From the human T2T-CHM13v2.0 reference genome, Homo sapiens: a stretch of DNA of 64,000 bases. How positions within the stretch are numbered: position 1 is the first letter of the stretch; every line of letters starts with the position of its first letter. Location: NCBI RefSeq assembly GCF_009914755.1, contig NC_060930.1. The stretch is one strand, 5' to 3'. This document shows, one piece after another, positions 16,174 through 41,450 of the stretch. The position numbers and the translations under genes were made by a program. The notes below the pieces were generated by a model that searched no databases, was not told the origin of the DNA, and was given only the letters and a program-made list of their open reading frames with translations.

Positions 16174-17172
16174 CTAAGCACAGGTGAAACTAGAACTCAG
16201 GTACCTGGGCTTCTAGACCTATACTCTTTCCACAATAACATTACCTAAAGAGGCATGTCATTTCACAAAGAAAAACACTACACAGATTTCTCAGAAACTT
16301 AAAAAACAAAACACTATTCATTCTCTTTCACAAAACGGCACTGTATGAAGAATAATTTAAAACCAATTGGAATTAAAGTTTTTTTAAAAAAAACTTAATG
16401 GTATCCTACTACGAATCTAGTGCCAGAAAACTCTGCAACGTTATTATAGGTCTATCACTCTCTTGATACTTTATTATTATACTGATTATCTTCCTTAATA
16501 CCAATAAGCCCTAACTTAAGAATAATATCTAATTTATTCTAGAAAAATCAAAAAATAAATTAGCAATCCCTTTGAAAGCAACAATAATCAGCTTTACCGG
16601 CATCAAGCAAGAAGTCCTCATCAAGCATCACTTGTCATTAAGCTCAAAGTGTTGGTCAAGATGTTATAAACAATAGCTAACAGTGGTTAATGTTTCATTT
16701 ACACTGTTCCATTCTTTAACACGCCTAAAAATAGAGGCCAAGTGAAAAGCAACTAACTTGAGCTTAATTTATTTAGGGATATAGTGATACTTTTGCTAGT
16801 AGCCAAGGTTCTGAGGAATCCATCTTATAAAACTGCTGAGTTCAATTTTAATGATATCTCTTTTACAGTTCTTTAATATCCATGTGTCCAATTTTTTCCA
16901 ATTAAATTGTAAACTTCCTGACAGTAGGCTTGTTCCATAGCACCAAGCATGGCAGTTGTCTTATAGCATGTACTCAATACATTCAATGAATTGTATTATA
17001 GGCTTTAATTTCAGACACCATTCATTTGACAAATAAGTATTAAAGACAATGCTGCACTCTAGAAAATAACAAGAGACCTGAAACACAATTTATTTAGGAT
17101 ATACTAGGTAACAAGCATTATGCTCAATCCTCTGTGCAAAGTCTGACTTAACGGTGACACTGTTATAAGCAT

Positions 17173-17531
17173 TGTTAAATTAAGCAAACAGGAGGCCATT
17201 AGCCTGAGACTGTCACTATACTTTTGAGTTCCTCTGTAACAAACTTCAACCTAACTTGGGAGTATATATTTTGCAACAAAGAGCAGTTTCAATGAATCAG
17301 ACAGCCAATTCTTCACACCATGACCAAATTAGGCAAACACACACATAAGGGTAGTCAGTTGGGTGATTTCTCTACTTTGCTTCCATATTCAGCCTACAAA
17401 AGCTCATTACTTACAAATTGCTGGGAAGAGCTCTCTCACCCGCTTCTGATTCTGAGTGCTGCCTGATTCGTGAATTGTTTTTCATTTAAATAAACTTTAA
17501 ATTTATTTTTTCTAAGATTTTTATTTTAACA
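17173..17531 (+). mobile_element. ERV1 solo LTR (LTR54/MER57-like) inserted in a MIR
   Basis: TGTTAAA...TTTTAACA termini, AATAAA near the end, degenerate 4-bp TSD gcat/gtat. Confidence 0.75.
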
Positions 17532-17733
17532 GTATTCACCCAATTTTTCAGATGAGAAAACCATGGCTCAAGAGTATAATGGAGTTGCTCGAGATGAACA
17601 GTTACATGGCAGACCAGAATTTGAATCTGCATCAGTCTGACTCCAAAATCCTTCAACAATATCATGCTGCTCTAGCAAGATAAACAGAGATTGCCCTTTA
17701 TGTTTTATAACCTTTAAAAGTAAACAATTTAGT

Positions 17734-23877
<6,144 letters not shown>

Positions 23878-24184
23878 AAACAATTTAGTACTCAAAAAAA
23901 TTATGGTATCATACACAGGAGGATATGTGCTATGAGAACAATGGACTGGGGATCAGACAGGATGAACAGACAAGATCACCATGTATAAGCAGGACAATGT
24001 TCAATACACAAGGTAAATAATAAAGCCTCAAAATAACTCTGTACCATATATAACAAAAAAGGATAATCAGCATGAAGAAAAAGAAATACTACTATAACAT
24101 TTTTAGAAAGCTGGAGTAATTTCTAAAACTACACAGAAATCTCATTTATGTTCAGTTGGCATTTCATTTCAAAAACAGATTAAG

Positions 24185-24477
<293 letters not shown>

Positions 24478-24996
24478 AATTTAAAATAAGAATAATTTTT
24501 TAAATAGATTTAAAAACAATAAATAGCTAATAACATACAAAATCTGCACAACGCAGTTAGGGGCTCAAGTGCCTCACCTGTAATTCAATTACAACGATCC
24601 TCTTTCAGACTGCTCAGAGTGTTGCATAAAAGATTTTTCAGTTTAAATAACTAAAAAAAATTACTCAACAAATAATCATTCTTTATAAATGAAGTTGTTT
24701 TTGAGATAGTCTCAATTTTTTAATATTGATTGAGATAATACTCTCTTCAAGAAATTGCCAATGTATTTTATGAAAACTAAGAAGTCAACAAAAATTTAAC
24801 TAATAAGAAACTTGTGGTGGCTTCTAAAGCACTTAGACCTGATTTCTCAAACACTTTCGGCCCCCTAACTTTGGACTCTTTCATCCTTATAAATTTGAGA
24901 ATTTGGCATAAGTATAAATAGTCCAGACAGTTGTAATATTATTGGGAATGGCGTATGAAACAAATCATATTTTCTAAAGGTCCGTTCCTATGCTGA

Positions 24997-25326
<330 letters not shown>

Positions 25327-25909
25327 AAGTCTAAGAACTCTTTTATATGGCTACTTTGATTTTGAATACTCTAACTGAAACGAGTTGCTTCGCAGTAGCT
25401 ACAAATCCATGTTCTAAATCTTAGCCCTTTCTGTCTCTAGTAGAGACCTCTAAAACTCCATTAACATCTTACTAATTTACTGTATCTATACAACTCTAAC
25501 TAAACCTTGCTTTTCCTAATAGAATAAAAGTTATCTACAAACAGAAAATACCTGAAAACCATTATACATCCCAACCTTTATTTGAAGAACTCAGTTGAAG
25601 GAACTGAGAACATAAGGATTGAATATAAAACCAATCTAATAATTTCAGGATTTGAAATATTGGTAGAAGTCATATAAAAGACTTAAAGGTGTGTAAAGAT
25701 GGCAGGGGGAAAAAAAAATCAATGTGTGCCTATATTTTACATGACAGAAGGAATGAGTTAATTAGTTATATAGTTTACATGAGTTATAATGTCCTGTCCA
25801 GAGTATCCAGAGAAGAAAACTGGCTGGAAAACCCTTTCTATCATAATTTTAGGTCAAAATCCATCTGAAAAAGACTCACAGAAACACTACATTATAAAAC
25901 AGTGCCCAG

Positions 25910-26210
<301 letters not shown>

Positions 26211-27124
26211 GTGCTTAGAATTAGACAAGAAACAAAAGAAAACCCTGTAGAGCAATTAAATTAAATGAGGACAACACGACTTTATGCTCACTGAAGAGTG
26301 AAAGAAGTATGTCAGAACTTAGTGAGCACCTATCAACTACTAAGTGTTGAATACTCTGCAGCATGCTTTATAGAAGCCATCACATTCAATCTTCACAATA
26401 ATCTCACCAGGCAGATATCAGCACTTCCATTTCACAAACAAACAAAGTTTCAGGGATCAAGAATTTTGACTAATGTTGTATAGCTCTGGTGCTGGGATTT
26501 GAACCTGCCTACACAAACTAGGTTCTTTCCCCTGTATCTTAATACCATTCTAAATTTAATTGCAAAATTCAAATACAAAGAAAACAGTTTCAGTAGTTGA
26601 CCCTTGAATATGATATAATATATTATATCTAGTAATACTTATCAACCAATAAAAACTATACATTCCATTTAACCTTTATCTTAGAGCCCTATAATTTGTC
26701 CTGGGGTTAACTTGTTCTATTTCCTATATTCCTTTCCCTTTCATTTATCAGAAATAACACATTGGGAATAACTTATATTTTTAATTTATACCTGTATCAA
26801 GATATCACAAGTAAAATTAAAAGTGTGCCTGCAGAAGAACCATGTTCCATATCTATTATTCTTCTACAACAATGATTTTTTGGTTTCACATTTCATCACA
26901 GACTTGCTTAACCATCTTTGTTCAAAAAGATCTAATATTTGCTAGATTAAAACTAAATGATGGGAATACAGTACTAGGAGAAAGTATTTCTTAAAAATCC
27001 TTCTGCCATATCCCTAAGCTCAGACTAACCATAGGGATATCCCAGTTCTGCACAACACTAACATGTCTCTATTTTAACTATTATAAATGGCATTGTTTTT
27101 TATAAGATATTTTTCATAGTGATG

Positions 27125-28090
27125 CATTCATTCAAAAACATCTACTATGCATCTAAGTGCAAAACACTGTACTACACTTTGGACATAAAGTGGTAAAATA
27201 AACACTATTCTTGCTTTCACTGAATTTTTAGGCATGTAGGGGAGACAGACTATAAGAAAGTAAATAAACAACTACAGAATAGGAAGTGCTATGAAGGAAA
27301 TGACTGTGATACTGCGATCAAAAATCTGGGGAACGACCTGCTTAGATTGGTCAGGAACTGCCTTCCTAAAAAGTTACTTAATTAAGCAGTAACATGAATA
27401 AGAAATAGCCCTGTAAAAAGCCTAAGGAAGAACATTTCAGGCAAAACAAATACCATGTAGAAAAGCCTGCTGAAAGAGTTGGTTGCATTTAAGGAACGCA
27501 AAGAGAATCACTGTGGTTCAAGTACAGTGAGCTAAACAGGAGTGAAATCATGGAGGTCTCACAGGCCAAGGTAGAACTTGAATTATATTTAAAATGTAAC
27601 AACGAGGCACTGAAAAGTTTTATATACAAGGCTTAAACACAAAGTAACAAGAGCAGATTCTTTTTTTTTTTTTTTTTTTAAGATCACTTTGCTGAGGAAA
27701 GAAGAGATTGGAGGGAAACAACATAGGAATCAGGGAGACCAGTGAAGAGATTACTGCAGTAATCTAGGCAAAAGGTAACAACATTAAGGTGGTTTTGGTT
27801 GAGTTAGAAGTTCAGATTCCAAACATATTCTGAAGGTAGAATTTACAGAACTTACTAATAAATTCCAAGTTCACAAAGAGAGAGAGAGAGAAATAAAAAA
27901 TAACCTAATTATTTCTAATTTAAACAACTGAGACAATAAGGTTTCTATTGATTAAGATGAGGAAAAACTGGGGGAAAGGTTTGAGGAAGAAAATCTGAAG
28001 CTGTATTTTGACATGTTAATATGTGAGATTCTGTGGTACTTCTAAGTGATGATGTTAAACAGGCAGATGGACATTCAAATCTGGAGGTTC
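27125..28090 (-). mobile_element. L2 fragment
   Basis: Begins attcattcaa (reverse complement of the L2 3' end), followed by typical diverged L2 body. Confidence 0.7.
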
Positions 28091-29212
28091 AAAAAAGGTC
28101 TGATCTAAAGATAACCCTTCAAGATACAACATGATTACAGGGAATCAAATGATGATATTATTCATAAATTCAGGACACTATGGAAAGAACTGGTTTTCTA
28201 GCCAAGCAACCAAATCATAAATATAATGCAAGAAAATGGCTGGAATCAGAAAGATCTGGAAGTCTAGAAACCCAGAAGCCCCTGAATTCTAATACAGGGT
28301 TGTTAAATAGATGATCTGAATTGGTCTCATCAAAGGCACATCAGAGACCCCAACAAGAAGCTAAACAAGAAAAAAAGCAGGTCTTTCAACCTAAAACCAA
28401 CTTCCAATAAAATGATATAAAACAGAAAAAAAGAAGAAGAGAGGAGCTTTCTGGAGAGCTCTATATCGGAATATGAAGGCCTAAATAAATATTACAATTC
28501 ATATAATTTAAATCAAAAAGAAGAATTACTATAGTATTCTATAACTACATTTACATAATACATAATATGTAGGTGTGTATATATTTTTACATATGTGTGT
28601 GGGTGTGGGTGTGACGGCATGTGTATAATTATACTGATAGCTCCTTAGGGAATAGAGTTTATTTATTACTGTATTACACACCTACAACAATGCATGACAC
28701 AGTGAGCGTTAACTAAACATTTGCCGAATACATGAATAAGTGAACAAAATGTACACGTCAAGAAAATGAACCAATAAAGAAATACAAAAATAACTTAATG
28801 TATAACAATATCTAACAAGACTGACTCAAGATTTTTTTTTGGTTATAGATACAGAGAAAGAAAAGACATGGCTCTGGATCAAGATATATTCCAACAGCTT
28901 ATCCCACTGGAAATGACCTGGTTACATAACACAGTAAACGATGGGAATTACCAGATTACTGATTTATCTTTTGTTAATAAGTACTTAGTCTAAAATTGAA
29001 GTAATCAAGCAAATCAAAAGCTCCACATGTAACATAAAAGCAATGGCAATTAAATATAACAGAAAATACTTTTCCTCATACAGTTAAGTAATAGAACCAT
29101 AACACTTCATCTTAAAAAAGAGATTGTACTTCCTCTTAAAAGACAGCATATTTGTGGGAAAACAAGAGAGCTTTAGAAAATACACAGAAACGTGTGTGTC
29201 TAGAAATAGAGT

Positions 29213-29417
<205 letters not shown>

Positions 29418-29651
29418 TTAAAAGTAAAGCCAGAGGAATCAAACAAAAGATACAATTACCACAATTTTAATCCATATAAGGGAAGTTCTTCCCACAACTT
29501 GAAGCTTTACATAGGAACTGAGTGGGCACGTGACAATTACTATGGCTGAGCAAATTCAACTTTTTGTAAGCTCTAAGTGTCTCAGGCACAACATACATAT
29601 ATGTGGAATTATCAGTGTAATAGAAACTGTGTTAATCTGGGAGTCTTTAGA

Positions 29652-29810
29652 GCAGCACTGTATCAAAAGTAGTCAGTAGTTACATATTGGCTACCAAGTA
29701 CTTGAAATGTGGCTAGTACAGCTAAGGAACTAAAATTTTAATTGTATTTAATTATAGCTCATTTGAATCTAAATAGCCACATGTGGCTAGTGAATTGGAC
29801 CCTATTGCTT
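29652..29810. mobile_element. MER3/MER33-like hAT-Charlie fossil
   Basis: acttgaaatgtggctagt...aaatagccacatgtggctagtg. Confidence 0.75.
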
Positions 29811-30214
29811 TAGATACTTGAATTTAAATTGCTTTAAATACCAGAATTTTTCACCTCTAAAAAACTAAGCACCAGAATAATAACTTTCCCAAAGTCAAGA
29901 GCATAATTATTAAAATATAAAATTTTAAAAAGCTAAGAAGCCCTTTTGCTATTAACAGTAGCATATACAGGCTCAATTTCACTGATTGCCATTAATATAT
30001 ACTTAGCCCCCTAAGCTCTACTCCTCTAATCATTTGACTCATACTAAGAGAGAGTACGCTACTATAAAATCTTAAAAATACATATCTGTTGATTAAGGAC
30101 AGGACAGGGCCCAGTTGAAAACCTTTAAAAAAAAAACTTTCATGGTTTTATTCCTAAAATCCTCATTTGAGTTTTTCCTGCAAAAAGGAAGAAAATGTAA
30201 AAACATAAAACATG

Positions 30215-30465
30215 AGGCAATAGGTGGCTTGAGGCCAGTAGTTTGAGACCAGTTTAGTCTACATAGTGAGACCCCATTTTTACAAAAACATTAAAAAATG
30301 AGCTAGTCATGGCAGCACATCATAGTAGTAGGCCTAGCTACTCAGGAGGCTGAGGTGGGAGGATCATTTGAGCCCAGGAGTTCAAGGCTACTATGAATTA
30401 TATTACACCACTGCACTCCAGCTTGGGCAACAGAGAAAGACCCCATGCCTTAAAAAAAAACAAAA
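30215..30465 (+). mobile_element. AluJ, 5'-truncated
   Basis: Diverged Alu dimer. Confidence 0.85.
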
Positions 30466-30559
30466 TAGTTTGAAATTAGACGCTTATTACTTCTGGATTG
30501 AACACATCTGTTCATCTTTTTTGCCGCTTTTAAACAAAGTACAATGTCAGTAAAATAAT

Positions 30560-32640
30560 AAAACTAAACACCCAAAGGAAGAACAAGAAAGAAAACAACA
30601 GCATACTGGATAAGTCAGTAAGTTTTGGAAAGATAGCAAGCAAATGGAGAAATAGTAACTGACTTAGCAGATCAAAGAAAGCTGAAGTCTAACTGCCCAC
30701 AAATGGGGATTCCAACAATAAGCAACTCAATTCTTACTACAGAACACACACATTAAGAAAACAAAAAAGGAATAGAGGAATTGGAAGTACCAGGTACCTT
30801 GGAATATAGGAATGGTTATGTAGAGCTAAAAATAGGAGGAATAGTTGAAAGTCAATAGAAGAAACAGACTCTCCCCCTAGGACCTTTCTTCCCATCCTAT
30901 CCAGTTAGTTACTATCCCTCTTTACACTGTCTCAGAAGATGGGAAGTTTATTCTCTGCACAAAGTGAACAGGGAGGCTCTGGACTGGGAGACAAGACACA
31001 CAGGTAGAGCAAAGATGAGGAGCCATCGTGAAAACAACAAATTAAGTGAAAATCTCCAGCCTCCATGTTCCAACTAGGCTCCCAGAAATCCAGCAGGCAG
31101 GCTTAAAAATCTCAAGTAGAAGGAATTAAAAGCTTCCTCTCAAGACTTGCATCAGAAAAGAATCTTACAGATATTGGCATTAGAAAGTCCCCAGTGAAAC
31201 AGCTCAGTTCAGCCAGACATGGTGGCTCATGCCTGTAATTCTAAGACTTTGGAAAACCAAGGTGGAAAGATCATTTAAGGCCAGGAGTTCAAGACCAGCC
31301 TAGGCAATTTAGAGAGATCCCATTTCCACAACAAAATTTTAAAATTAGCCATGCATGGTGCTGCATGCAAGACGCTATCTGTAAAGCAAGACCCTATCTC
31401 TAAAAAGAAACAAAAATTAAAAATAAAGAAACAGCCCAATTCGGGACAATGGGTCTATAGCAGTCATCCTCAACCAAGGTTAAATTTTCCCCTGGGAACA
31501 TGAGGCAACTTTTTTATTTTCATGACCAGGGAAGGGAAAATGCTATTGGCAGCTAGTGGGTAGAGGTCAGGGATGCAGCTAAATATCCTAAAATTCAGAT
31601 GACAGCCCCCACAACAAAGAATTATCAGATCCAAAATATCAACAGTGTTGAGACCAAGAAACATTGGTGTACAGTCAAACCAAGTAGTCAACAAACTCAA
31701 CTCATGTACACAACGCTTCCAGCCAACATTTGAGTGCCTCACCATTACACATGAATGAACAGACAATATTAAAAATACAACTGAAGCAGACCTCTAACCT
31801 GAAAAACAAAAATTACAACTGAAAAATGAAACTCAGAATGACAAAGACAGTAAAGGGAACCAAAGAAAACAACAAAAATTAGAAAAGTAACTGATAACCT
31901 CGAACAGAAAAGAAATTATACCATGGAATGATAAAAGGATGTTGGGTAGAAAATATTTAGGAAATGAGAAATCAAAAATACAATGCAATAAATAAAAATT
32001 CAACAGAAGTTTAAAAAGAAAATGTTCAGGAATTCTACAAAGTAGAATAAAAAGACAAAGTAGAAAATAGGAAAGATGAGAAAATTTGTGAATCAATCAA
32101 GGGAGACATACTGCAGAAAATAAGAATAAAGAAAAGAAAGGGGGTGAGGGACCAAAGGGGAATAACCAAGAAATAATACCAAAAAAGTTCCCAGAACTGA
32201 AAGACATCAGGTGCCAGGTTTAAAAGGCTCAACACGTGTCTAGTCTATTAAATTAAAAGACCTTCAACGAGGCATGTCAAAGTGAAATTTCATGATAACA
32301 TCAGGGATAAAAGATTCCAGAGATAAACAGAAATCATGTGGGCATTAAAACTTCTCAACAGCAACACAGAAATCTAAAAGGTAAAAAGCCTTCAAAATTG
32401 TAAGATAAATTATATGCAGAATTCTATAGCCAACTACACTATTATTCAAATAGATGGTTATAAATAAAAAACATGTTTAACTATTTTATAAGATTTTTTA
32501 AATTATCTTCAATGCACCTTTTCTCAAGAAGCTACTGAAGCATATCCTCCTCCAAAGAAAGAGAATAAACCATAATAGAAGATATGGAATCTAGAATATG
32601 GAGATCAAACATGGGAGAGACACTAAGATTATTTCTAGGT
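30560..32640 (+). mobile_element. Ancient L1M/HAL1-like 5'/ORF1 region containing an Alu fragment (~31211-31430) and MER20 (~31461-31666)
   Basis: A-rich ORF1-like remnants (ttcccagaactgaaagac, acttctcaacagcaacac); MER20 motif tgggtagaggtcagggatgcagctaaatatccta. Confidence 0.6.
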
Positions 32641-33352
32641 TTAGAGGGTGATATGGGTTGGATTTGTGTCCCTGCCAAAATCTCCTGTTGAATTGGAGGA
32701 GGGACCTGGTGAGAGGTGACCAGAGCATGGGAGCAGATTTCCCCCTTGCTGCTCTCATGAGAGCTCATGGTTTAAAAGTGTGTGGCACATCCCCCCTCAC
32801 GCTCTTTCTCCCTCTCTCCTGCCACCATCTGAAGAAGATGCTTGCTTCCCCCTTTGCCTTCCACCATGATTGTAAGTTTCCTGAGGCCTCACAGTCATGC
32901 TTCCTGTTAAGCCAGCAGAACTCTGAGTCAATTAAACATCTTTTCTTCACAAATTACTCAGTCTCAAGTAGTTCTTTATATCAGTGTGAAAAATTGACTA
33001 ATATAGAAAATCGGTACCAGGAGTGGGACACTCCTATAAAGACACTTGAAAATGTGGAAGCGACTTTGGAACTGGGTAAGGGGCAGAGGTTGGAACAGTT
33101 TGGAGGGCTCTGAAGAAGACAGTAAGATGTGGGAAAGTTTGGAACTTCCCAGAGACTTGTTGAATGGTTTTGATCAAACTGCTGATAGTGATATGGACAA
33201 TGACGTCCAGGCTGAGGTGATCTCAGATGGAGATGAGGAACTTATTGGCAACTGGAGTAAAGATCACTCTTGCTATGCTTTAGCAAAAAGAAACTGGAAG
33301 CATTTTGCCCCTGCCCTAGAGATCTGTGAAACTTTAAACTTGAAAGAGATGA

Positions 33353-33667
<315 letters not shown>

Positions 33668-33749
33668 TATGGTGGAAGAAATTTCTAACCAGCAAAGCAT
33701 TCAAGATGTGACCTGGCTTATTCTGAAAGCATTCACTTACATGCATTCA

Positions 33750-34090
<341 letters not shown>

Positions 34091-36402
34091 GAGGAAACAG
34101 AACACAAAGTTTGGAAAATGTGCAGCCTGACCATGCAGTAGAAAACAAAAACCCATTTTCTGGGGAGAAATTCAAGCCAGCTGCAGAAGTGTACATAAGT
34201 AACAAGGAGCTGAATGTTAATAACCAAGACAACAGGAAAAATGTCTCCAGGGCATGTCAGAGACCTTCACTGCAGCCCCACATGTCAGAGGCCTGGAGGC
34301 CTAGGAGGGGAAAATGGCTTCACAGGCCGGACCCAGGGCCCCACTGCTCTGTGCAGCTTCGGGACTTAGTGCTCTGTGTCCCAGATGCTCCAGCTCCAGC
34401 TCCAGCCATGGCTAAAAGGGGCAAAGGTACAGCTCAGGCCACTGCTTTAGAGGGTGCAAGCCCAAGCCTTGAAGCTTCCACGTGGTGTTGGGCCTGCAGG
34501 TGTGCAGAAGGCAAGAGATGAGGTTTTGAAACCTCTGCCTAGATTTCAGAGAATGTATGGAAATGCCTGGCTGTCCAGGAAGAAGTCTGCTGCAGGATAG
34601 AGCCTTCATGGAGAACCTCTACTAGGGCAGTGCAGACAGGAAATGTGGAGTTAGAACCCCATACAGGGCACTGTCTAGTAGAGCTGTGAGAAGAGGGCCA
34701 CCACCCCCCAGACCCAACAATAGGAGACCCACTGACAGCTTGCATAGTGCACCTGAAAAAGCCACACGTACTCAATGTCAGCCTGTGGAAGCAGTCTAGG
34801 GGGCTGTACCCTGCTGAGCCACAGGGGTGGAGCTACCCAAGGCCTCAGGATCCCAACCCATGCATCAGTGTGCCCTGGATATGAGACACGGAGTCAACGG
34901 AAATTATTTTAGAGCTTTAAGATTTAATGACAGCCCTGCTAGGTTTCAGACTTGCATGGGGCCTGTAGCCTTTGTGTTTTGGCCAATTTCTCCCACTTGG
35001 AGCATTCACTCAATGCCTGTACCCCCACTGTATCTTGGAAGTAACTAACTTGTTTTTGATTTTACAGGCTCATAGGCAGAAGGGACTTATCTGTCTCAGA
35101 TGAGACTTTGAACTGTGGACTTCTGAGTTAATGCTGAAATTAGTTAAGACTGGAGGACTGTTGAGAAGGGATAATTGTATTTTCCAATACGAGAAGAACA
35201 TGAGATTTGGGAGGGGTTAGGGGTGGAATGATATGGTTTGGATTTGTGTCCCCGCCAAATCTCACGTCAAATTGGAAGAGAGGTCTGGGGGGAGGTGACT
35301 GGATCATAGGGGCAAATTTCTCCCTTGCTGCTCTTGTGATAGTGAATGAGTTCTCACAAGTCCTGTAGGTTTAAAAGTGTGTGGCACTTCCCCCTTGCAC
35401 ACACTCTCTCTCTCCTGCTGCCATGTGAAGAAGCTGTCTGATTCCCCTTAACCTTCCACCATGATTGTAAGTTTCCTGAGGCCTTCCAGTCATGTTTCCT
35501 GTTAAGCCTGCAGAACTGTGAGTCAATTAAAACTCTTTTCTTCATAAATTACCCAGCCTCAGGTAGTTCTTTATATCAGGTAAAATGAATTAATATAGAG
35601 GAGAAAGAAAGATGGAACTGATAAACTATCCAATGAATCTGTCTTTGTAGAAGAGAGTAGGAAGAGATATTTTATAGGAGCATATAGATGAAGAAACGCT
35701 GATTCATACAAAGAAAACTGAGCAAACCCAATTATTAACTTCAAGAAAAACAGCCATCCTCAAAAAAGAACGTTATTACAGTTCACTACTTGACTGAGCA
35801 GTAAACAATACCTTCTTAACTATATATAACCAATACTGTCTAATCAAAACTTATAAATCATCATTTACCATAACAAGAAATGATTAAATAATATCTAAAA
35901 GTCATAAACTGAGAAAGAGCCATGGAAGCTTGTTATTTGGAAATACATATTAAAGGAAAAGTTTAGAAAGTTGAAAATTGTTGCCTCTGGTGATCATGAC
36001 TTAACAAAGAGGAAGGGTGGTTTAAGGGACTAGCATTCTTATCAGAAGATTTTAATACTAATAAAATATTTTTAAGACATAGTATTCACATGTCTATTTA
36101 AATTTACTTCTACCCCAACATGAATTCTATAATCTATGTAATAAAAACACTGTTATATAAAACTATATTATAATCTATGTAATTCCTCTAAACTGAAAAC
36201 AAGTAGTCAACTATAGCTTTCAAATATAAGAAAAACAAGTATTTCGGTCACTATTTTATAAGAGAAGGACTACGTGGGCCTTCTAATCATGGCTTTCCTC
36301 TGATCATTGACCTAGAAGTGGTGTTTGTAAGGTCCCAAAATAGGAATGAGATGGAAAGTAGCAACGGTGTTCACTACTGTTATAGAAATTACAGAAAATA
36401 AG

Positions 36403-39354
<2,952 letters not shown>

Positions 39355-39945
39355 AGAAATTATAGAAAATAAGTCTTCAACTCTCAACTGGCTCAGGAGA
39401 GATGAAAGCCAATACACTGAAAATATATATTAGCATGCAATTAAAACCTAACAATCCAGAAACTGTAATAAAGAAATTTTAACAAAATATACTATTTATA
39501 AAAACTATACTGTTAAAACTATGTAATGATATAACGTAAATAACACTAATATGTACCCAGACAGTGTGCTAATAAGCATTTATCATTTCATTTAATGCAT
39601 CTTTCGAGGAAGTTGATATTCTCTTCACTTTTATAAGCAGGAAATTGAGTGTCAAAGAGATCATGTAATTTGTACCCCAACACATAAGTAAACATTGAAG
39701 CAGGGATTAAAACCCAAGTCCATGTTCATAATCACTATTCTATTTATCAAAAAGTAGGCATTATAATTCTTCTGAATTCAGATTACTAAATAGTATTTAT
39801 TTAGTACTAACGGCTAATCTGACACATCTTCATAAACTACATTAATCACAGATAATCTAGTAACTCCCTACTAAATAACTATTACAGAGTCAAGCTTAAG
39901 TACCTAGACAGCTACTTGTGTATGGTTTTAAAGTAATGCTATTTT

Positions 39946-40858
39946 CATGCCTGTAACCACAGGGCTTTGGGAGACCAAAGTGGGAGGAGTGCTTGAGGCC
40001 AGGAGTTCAAGACCAATCTGGGCAACATAGTGAGACCACCATTTCTACAAAAGAAAGTCATAATTTTTTTTTTAAATTATCCAGGCGTGGGCCGGGCGCG
40101 GTGGCTCACACCTGTAATCCCAGCACTTTGGGAGGCTGAGGCAGGCAGATCACAAGGTCAGGAGATCAAGACCAGGAGATCAACACGGTGAAACCCCGTC
40201 TCTACTAAAAAAAAAAAAAAAAAAAAATACAAAAAAATTATCCAGGCGTGGTGGCAGGAGCCTCTAGTCCCAGCTACTCAGGAGGCTGAGGCAGGAGAAT
40301 GGCATGAACCCAGGAGGCAGAGCTTGCAGTGAGCCGAGACCACGCCACTGCACCCCAGCCTGGGAGGCAGAGCAGGACTCCATCTCAGAAAAAAAAAAAA
40401 AAAAAAATTAGCCAGGTGTGGTGGTGTGTGCCTGTAGCCCTAGCTACTTGGGAGGCTGAGGCAGAAGAATCACTTGAGCCCAGGAGTTCAAGGTTACAGT
40501 GAGCTATGATCACACCACTACGCTCCGGCCGGTTCAACAGAGTGAAACCCTGTCTCTAAATAAAAAATAAAAAAAGTAGGCCGAGCGCGGTGGCTCACAC
40601 CTGTAATCCTAGCACTTTGGGAGGCCGAGGCAGTCGGATCACTAGAGGTCGGGAGTTCAAGACCAGCCTGGCCAACATAATGAAACCCCGTCTCTACTAA
40701 AAATACAAAAATTAGCCTGGCGTGGTGGTGCATGTCTGTAATCCCAGCTACTCAGGAGGCCGAGGCAGGAGAATTGCTTGGACTCAGGAGGCGGAGGTTG
40801 CAGTGAGCGGAGATCGCGCCACTGCACTCCAGCCTGTACCGTGTCTCCAAAAAAAAAA
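39946..40858 (+). mobile_element. Nested Alu cluster: AluJ interrupted by AluY (40090-40407), with an AluS (40579-40858) in its tail
   Basis: Inner TSD aaatta(t/g)ccagg(c/t)gt; outer TSD aaagtaatg(c/g)tatttt. Confidence 0.9.
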
Positions 40859-41054
40859 GTAATGGTATTTTAAACCATGTATTTTTTATACTGCTTCGTA
40901 TTTCTATTTATACTGTAGCGCTTACAATATAAAAACAATTTATTCATTAGACTAACATACTCCTCTACTGTTCTCATCAAACTGGTGAGACAAACTTGAA
41001 GCAAATCATAGAAAAAAAGCATGATTTACAATATAAACTGTCATAGCCTTGTAT

Positions 41055-41099
41055 TTGGTTGGTGAAAAAGTAATTGTGGTTTTTGCTATCACTTTTAAT
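41055..41099. mobile_element. MADE1 half element
   Basis: ggttggtgaaaaagtaattgtggtttttgctatcacttttaat. Confidence 0.8.
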
Positions 41100-41118
41100 A
41101 TATCCTACAAAGACATTA

Positions 41119-41450
<332 letters not shown>

